DNA of 54,046 nucleotides, counting the filler, from Basidiobolus ranarum (taxonomy: Eukaryota): the NCBI GenBank assembly GCA_040143965.1. It is 4 parts of 4 records of this genome, joined end to end, with 100 filler letters (N's around TTAATTAATTAA, not from the genome) between each part and the next. Parts side by side here need not be neighbours in the genome. Positions count along the whole stretch, not along the records: positions 40,633 to 54,046 come from JASJQH010007360.1; 3 more parts are not named here. The stretch is one strand, 5' to 3'. A program made the translations under genes and the position numbers. Below the pieces are notes generated by a model that worked only from the letters and a program-made list of their open reading frames with translations, was not told the origin of the DNA and did no database searches. Shown one piece after another: positions 46,578 to 54,046 of this stretch. How positions within the stretch are numbered: the stretch's first letter is position 1; each line of letters starts with the position of its first letter.

Positions 46578-48719
46578 GTGATGAATTTTTTTTTCATCAG
46601 CTCGTCTGATTTAAACAAGGGTATTAGTCTAGCATACATGATTGGCTCTATATATGCATCATTAAGAATAAATTGGATTTTCAAAGAATTGTCGCGTATT
46701 TTTCCCGAAAGAAGTTAATATTCAAAAATCAGATATTAACCCTAAGTAGCGTGTATTTGAAAGTTTATATCTTATTGGATTAGGTTAGTGATTTTGATAT
46801 GGCAAAAGATCGCAGTTTAAATATAAAACATTAAATAGAATTTATCCCTGATACTGTATTCAATAACTAGTTTCTTCGTTGAAGGTTGTAGATTAGATTT
46901 GTCGCCACAGAGGGAAAATATAGAAAGTATCACCATTGTTAGTATATCAAACAATGTCTTATTTACATGATGAGGCCATTTCTTAAATAGAATCACTGGA
47001 CGTACTTTTCAAGCTGTTTCCCATAATTTAGTATCATTCCAGATATCACTTGCTCATTCGCTTTAACTGGATTTATGTAATTTGATTGCGACATCGGGAT
47101 AAACTTTGTCGCTATAGTTTAAATTACCTGGATGCTGCATACTACCGCTATCTTCTACCAACAATTCCTACCAAGTGCGTGGTAATGTTGTGCTACTTGA
47201 TAAGTGTTTGTGGAACATCAGGTTTATTAAGTAGTCAGACATTCTAGAACCTGCTAATGAACATTTATTGTGCAGTTGTACTAAATTCATCCCTTGACAC
47301 TAGCGAAATGCTTTGGTTGAGGCTTAGGTGGCAGAATTAGGTACTCTATGCCATAAGTTGTGAGTATTCAGGACATCGCTGGCAGTTCAGAAGTATCTGC
47401 AAATATAGACGAACACACACATAAACACAGTGTGTTCTTATGCATTTGGAGATGGCTAACCTCTCTAGCATGCAATAACGGTAACATGGGTGGTTACATT
47501 TCATCAACCATTTAATTAAATCAAGAATCATTTATGCACCATTTGACGAAGCAATGTTCGGAGGTTTAGTAATAACCAGAACCTGAATCGGTGTATCTTG
47601 GCTTTCATAACCAAACCACTGTCTTATTCTCAGGATCGCTGTTTTTTATCAGTACAAACTAAATTAGGTGCGATTGATTATATATTATCCGTCATTCACC
47701 TACTCACCCTCTCCCTATCCCCATTAGGGATACTGCTTTGATTATATTAGACTTGCATAAGGCGAGTTGATAGGCACATGTTGGAGATATATATATCTTG
47801 CCTCCAGTCTAACAATCTTTATTTCGTTTCATCCCAATAGCTATCACTTCATTGTCAACCCTAAGTAAAACGAACACCATGTCGACCATCAGTATGAATA
47901 TACATTTACGAGAGGCTCAGTTTATGTCTTCTGAAGTTAGTAAACACCTCCAACCAACATTAAATATCAAGCGTAAACTCTCAGGGGGTAACGATTTTTA
48001 TACATAACCTCAGAACCTTCTTTGAGTATAATTTACCTATAGCCTTTCAATAGACCTTCAACCACTGGACCATTTCAAGCATCATCTTACTTTCTTTAGC
48101 GAAACGCAAGGCTATCGAGATGCACAAGTAGGTATATTTACTCTGTACATAGCTCTTTCGTATACTAAAGGTACTCTCCAAAACGTAGCATTATGTCACT
48201 TCTAGTGGACGTCGGTGCGCAGTTGGGCATATATTTGACAGTGTTTTGTCGACTCACGAAAAAAGACCTTGAATGTGGAGAGCATATTTATAGCTTGTGT
48301 AATATAGAGTAGATATATCAGTTTGTCTGGATAAACTTAGAGGTCTTTGTACAGTTAAAACCTATATACCCTTGTACCCTTATACCCTATCCTCTCATAT
48401 ACCTACATAGATTTAATTCTATTCCATATGACTACTTTTTGAAGGATTTTGAACTTAATTTATTTTCATAGTTTCTATTCTATTTTCGTAATTCTCTCCG
48501 TATGCTAGAGATTACTAGCTAGAATCAGCTTTAGAACTACTACATATAGGATTTGATATGAACTTTGTGTGATAGAGTAAATTTGCATATCAATAATTTA
48601 TTAAACTACAGATCCAATGAGATTTGAATACTGCTCAGTTATTGTGAGAATAAATTAGGATAAATAAATTAGGGAAATTATTGAGTGAACCCAGTTTTTG
48701 TTCGAATAAATTAAGGAAA

Positions 48720-51700
48720 TTATTGAATAAGGACCATTTTCCAATCTTGTACTAAAGATAAGCCAAGTTTGGAAATAGAGAGTAGTTGAACATCCTCATC
48801 ATATTCGTATTGATCAGATTTCAATTCTGCTCCATCGACTTCAATAGTTCTAATCTTACTAACACCCAAAACCTCGATTTCTTCAATCTTCACGTTGTCG
48901 GATGGATGATATTCGTACCTACCACTAGTACTTAAAATACCATTCTCGAGTTGGAATTCGATATGAGTCGACTTGGTCATATCTAAAGGTTTATCATCAT
49001 CGAGGTAAAGTTCTCCTCGTGCCGATTGCTTGTCATCTAAAGATATGATCAATTTGAATGGATTTTGGCGACATTCATCTGTGGTCAATGAGGGTCTTTG
49101 AAGTGGAAGAATGGCACCTCCTCGTAGATGAATAGGCATGAAGTCAAGTGGGGCATCTAATGTCAAATACTCTCCAATCTCTTTGTTATTGGATACCAAC
49201 TTCTTGGTGTAATAATCGTACCATTTTCCACGAGGGAAATAACCCTTGACATCACAAGCTCCCTTCTCTAATACAGGGGTGACCAAGATGGCGTTTCCAA
49301 GAAGGAATTGCGTCTCATTTCTTAGAGTCTCAGTATCTTCAGGATATTCCATGCACAAGCTGCGAATAACAGTATCCCCTTTAGTACTAGAACGCCAGAA
49401 TAGTGTGTACCAATATGGCAACATGGCGTAGCGGATTTGAAGATATTTTTTGGTAGTATCTGCAAGTGAGGAGTATATATAAGGCTCCTGGCTGGGATGG
49501 TTTACAGCATTATGGTTACGTGAAAAAGGATAGAAGCATCCAAGTTGATGCCAACGGATTAAGAGTTCTTCCTCAGAAGGATCGTTAAATCCACCAATAT
49601 CTGGACCTACCATAGGCATACCAAACAACTGGAAGTTGAACATTCCTGGAATAGAGTACCTAAGATGATCCCAATTTGACCCTAATTTTTAAGTTAGTAA
49701 AGAGTTGGAAATTCACTTAATGTAAAATGTCTGTTTACAATTGTCACCAAGCCAGTGATAAGCAAAAGCTCCACTACCAACAAATGTACTTCTAGTGAGA
49801 AGGAACGGTTTGCGTTCAGGGTAGTACGCTCTATAGGCCTTATAACTGGCCAAAGACTCCATATGGCCGAAAAGATTGTGAGCATCATACTCGGTCACTC
49901 CACCATAATGTTTAGCATCCATAGGAGAGGTGCGTGTATGGAGGGGGGCATGAGTGCCACCATTATTGATCTTATAAGGAGGGTTTAAAATTCCAATGGG
50001 TTCATCTTCGGATAGTTCAGGTTGGGCGTCTTTGTCAATTTCCACATGCTCTGCTTTCAGGATTTCCTCTAAACCATCTTTCTCATCGATGATGTTGGTT
50101 TGCTCGGAAGTTCCTGCATCCTGGACCATGGTTTCAACTGTCTGTCCTTCAGTTGGAATCATTGGGTCATCGTCTTCTGGCTGATCAGTGCAATCTCCAT
50201 CGGCAAAATTAGCAATTTCATTCATATCTGTAGATAGACAAGTTAGGCGACATATTGAAACACAAATGGCAATTCAACTCATGTACCTAGCCAAACACCA
50301 TCCAAAGGTAAGGTATCAAACCATTCGTGGAATAACTCAGTCCAGTATTTGTCGGCCTCGGGGTGAAACCAATCTACATCGACATTAGTAATACTTTCTT
50401 ACTACCACATCAAGTGAGCCTGAGACTTACCTGGGAATGTAGTCTTGCCAGGCCACACTCGTCCAACAAAGATTTCTCCATCGCTACGCTTGATGAATAC
50501 ATCTCGTTCCATTCCAACTTCATATGGTTTGTTCCCCTCCTCCACTTTGATTCCGGGATCCACGATCATAATCATCTTTTGATTTCGTGAATGAAGATCT
50601 TTGAGGAAGTCGTTAAGCTTGGCGGCAGGATAGCGAACGGGATCAAAAGTGAATGACTTGTACTTGTTCATGTAACTACAGCGAAAGAGCGTGTTTAATG
50701 GAGATTCCAAAGTAATGGGTATCAATTCGAAAATGATTACTCGATGTCTATCCACATGCATTCTAGAGGAATGTCGGCTTTCCTATAATCGTCGACTACC
50801 TTCTTCACAATGTCGAGTGTTTCGTATCCCCAACGACATTGATGGAAGCCCAAGGACCTACAATGGAAATTAATATTTATTGTGGACATGTTGATGCTTC
50901 AGAATTACCAGTAGGGCAGCATAGTGGGAAGGCCGATCAATTCTTGGTACTGTTGAGTTACTTGTTGCGGAGTATCACCAACAAATACGTACAAGTCCAA
51001 AACACCACCAATGACCCGATAGGTAAGTTGACTATTATCTTGTGATAGTTTAATGTCCATTCCATTACTATTGAATAAAAGCTGCACATATGTAAGAGAG
51101 GGACATTGAAGATGAGCTATTTAGTCTACTTACAACACCGTGTGCTTTGCCATCACGAATCTCCATATAGAATGGGTGACTTCCGTATACATTCTCATCT
51201 TCAGGGCAAGCCGCATCTAAGTGTATGATTTAGTGCCACGATCGAGAGCTCGTCACAACAAAAAAAAATTACCTCTATTCCATATAGTGGTTAAACTTCC
51301 CTCTTCTCTTCTGAATCGAGCGTTGGTCTCACCCAAGCCGTAGATATTGGCGTTCTTCGGAAGGTGAGTAGATAGTTCCAAATATTGATCCTTAAAGACT
51401 AGTCCGAGATCCCTAGTATCGAACAATTTTTCACCAGTCTTGCGTTCAACAACAAATCCAAAAGGAGATTCGGTATAGTGGAAGTTGTATTCGCATGACT
51501 CTAATCCTTTAACATCTGGGGAGGGAGTGTTGTTCAATGGCACAATATGATTTGGGATTTGCCAGCGTTTCTCGGGAATATCGGTGATCTTGATATGTAT
51601 ACGCGTAGGGGTTTCGTAGGTGACTTGAAACTTCAACTCTTCAATATCTTCTCCATATTGTGGTAAGGTGGGATGCAAAAGCGATAGTTTAGCTTCTAAT

Positions 51701-51877
51701 AGAGTGTCGGATTTCGTTTGGATGCCACCGAGGGAGTACTCTCCGATCTCGCCAGTTGCAAAATAGCTAGATTTGTAAGCGTTAGAGTGGTTGTTCCAAT
51801 AAACACCATGGAACTAGTCATACATACTTGGAGATTGAAGACAAAGCGTGTCTTAGGGACTTGGTCAACGATGTCAT
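48720..51877 (-). CDS. GH31 alpha-glucosidase (multi-exon)
   Basis: [33 protein letters not shown] (nucleophile), [19 protein letters not shown] (acid/base), [15 protein letters not shown]. Probable start [10 protein letters not shown] at 51877. Confidence 0.93.
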
Positions 51878-52399
51878 TGGTATATTGAGGTGAAGATGTG
51901 AGATGGAATCGTACACCTTTATATGGATTTGTTAAACCAATCAAGTTTAACAACTAGTAGTAACTAGATCAATATTCTTAGGGTTTCTTTCGAAGACGAG
52001 TAATAAATGCCTGCTTATAGTACAATAGATGACTTACAGTCTGCTTATGGAGTATGTTAACTTGGCCCATTCTACTAATTCAGGGGTGATCATGACGTGA
52101 AGCTCCTCCCGCTGTTATTGTGATTACTGGCTTAGATGGGTTGGATCGCAAATGAGAGCTCGATCTGCGACATAATCAGAAATTCTTAGTGGTTTGATTT
52201 TGCGATAAGCACTGCTTTGCTCATCTAATAGATAGCGCGTCTGTGATTCATCATTAGTCCGCAACAACAGCTGGGCATGGTGGGTAGGTGTGGGGATTGT
52301 GAAGGTTAGGGAGGGCTTGGGAGAGTTACTCAGAGAGCCCAGAATTGATGAACACAATTGGCTGCCTCAATCTAAGATGAGATCATAATCCGTTTGTGC

Positions 52400-53557
52400 A
52401 TGAATACTAGATTTCATCATTCAGCAAATATGAAACAATCCTTACGTAAATTTAACCCACAATAGTGGAGACTATTACAGGCCAACTAAGATGGTATCAG
52501 TACAACAAACCACTCTATTCCTAGAGAGTTTGTACCAGCGGGAGAAAGGAAAAGCAGTTTTATTGGAAACCCGTATATCCTACTCTCAAAGTGAAGTTGC
52601 GCGCAAAGAGGAGGTTGTTGGAATCGTTTTATCGCATCCATATGGTCCATTAGGTATGGAAAATCCTTGAGTAATTTGTAAAAGTGAATTTCCCCTTCAT
52701 CCTGCTTATGTACCTTGTCATTATGAAGGCGGAAACTTTGATAACAATGTGATCCGAAAACTACAGACATATTTCACTCAGCAAGGCTTCGTCGTAGTTT
52801 CATTCAACTCTAGGTATCTCTCTTTTCTTTTAACAATCTGTATTATTCCCATTTTTATCAATATTTGGTGTGGTATATTGTCAGTAACACCTTCAATTAT
52901 ATAAGAGGATCAGGAAATTCGAGTGGAAAAACTTCTTGGACTGGAATACCTGAGACAGAAGATTACAAAACGATTGTTAGTTATTTGGCAAAAGAGCAGG
53001 AACTGGAGACTTACACAGGGAATACTTTCGACTTTCCCAAGCCAAGTAAAATAGTGATTTGTGTACGTATGAAGCAGCAATACATCTTAATCGATGACCC
53101 CTAGTATATATCCAGGCTTACCGTTATTTTATAGGGTTACTCATATGGCTCGGTAGTGGCTTCTTCATTCAGACCAATAGATATCCCGAGTGTAAAGTTG
53201 TACTATGCCTTTGTTAGCTATCCTTTGAGTGTAGTCTGGTTACTCACCCTATGGAAGTGCAACTGGTTCTTCAAAAGAATCAATGAGATCATGGGTATTT
53301 CAGAAATGGATCAGACCTCAGAACAGAGTAGTCTGAATGAAAGCACCAATCCGCGACCAACACTTTTTATTTATGGTGACAGAGACCAGTTCACCTCGCT
53401 TTCATCGTATCAAAAATGGTTCAACCAATTCCCAACTGATCTTACTAATATCAAGTTGAGTCTAGTTGAAGGTTGTGACCATTTCTGGTTTGGAAAGGAA
53501 AAAAGAATTGTGAAATGTATAGAAGATTGGTTGAACGATGCTGTGTTAAGCGGTTGA
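52400..53557 (+). CDS. Alpha/beta-hydrolase (multi-exon)
   Basis: HPYGPL-GGN, FNSR-GSGNS, GYSYG nucleophile elbow, GDRDQF, CDHFW; spliced start inferred at 52400. Confidence 0.82.
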
Positions 53558-54046
53558 AGAATCTACACATATGTTTACTCATATTCATATGACTGCTCTT
53601 CCCGAGCGAGCGTCCCTAGCATTGGAAGCTTAAATGACAACTTGAAACAATAAACAAAACGTACAACCAATTGGAAAGGGAGAATTAACTTTATTAGTAA
53701 ACAGCATACTTATACTGCATATTCTTCAATTTTTCGGATTAAAGAGTAACTCTGCTAGGGCGCAGAACGCAGTCTAAAATGACCCAAATGGTTTCCGGAG
53801 TGAGGTCAAGCAGGCATTCTTGAGCTAATAGCCAAGATTGTGATAGATTAGCTCAATGCCCACTTTAGAAAGGTCCGACTAGCAAATCGATGGTGGCTGA
53901 ATACAGGTAAAAATAGAACGAGGGCATTTTTCACACCCACTCATCCCACTCATCCCACGCGTAATGACAATGAACTATTTTTACATTTTCATTTTTGATA
54001 TGATTTAGATACAACTTCACGTTAGAGTTCGTTTTCATTCGGAGTT

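Noticed and set aside
44630-46718. Short ORFs in the ORF track (44630-44872, 45065-45250, 46159-46443, 46272-46496, 46454-46684, 46491-46718)
   Set aside because: They lack protein-like features, and most run across snoRNA introns; the non-coding host explains the region better.
47880-48272. Possible small spliced gene (MSTISMNIHLREAQF...HEKRP*)
   Set aside because: I could not find a consistent splice phase joining the first exon, and there is no recognisable motif.
53780-53808. AAACCAT motif as the snR30/U17 m2 element
   Set aside because: No m1 (AUAUUCCUA) partner and no correctly spaced ACA box.

Overview
Eukaryotic DNA from a gene-dense fungal genome (AT-rich; short GT-AG introns with CTAAC/CTAAT branch points). 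The gene content suggests an early-diverging lineage, possibly Zoopagomycota such as Basidiobolus (inference). The window is not one locus. It is four contigs of descending length (1-13451, 13552-26992, 27093-40532, 40633-54046) joined by 100-nt N linkers that carry TTAATTAATTAA, so linkage across the gaps is meaningless. It holds about 23 protein genes and one tRNA-Arg(CCG). Main highlights: (1) a non-coding minus-strand host gene at ~44.9-46.6 kb, which the ORF track misses, whose seven introns each carry a box C/D snoRNA in the order snR78-snR77-snR76-snR77 duplicate-snR75-snR74-snR73; (2) a Dictyostelium RegA-like receiver-cAMP phosphodiesterase whose phospho-acceptor Asp is replaced by Ser; (3) an animal-like STEAP metalloreductase; (4) a convergent pair of CFEM-like 8-Cys surface proteins, one with ATG-TAA at its start; (5) an unassigned LPMO-like protein; (6) a CpG-free nested inverted-repeat element; (7) a candidate structured RNA near 53.8 kb. 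All family assignments come from motif recognition by eye, not database searches.
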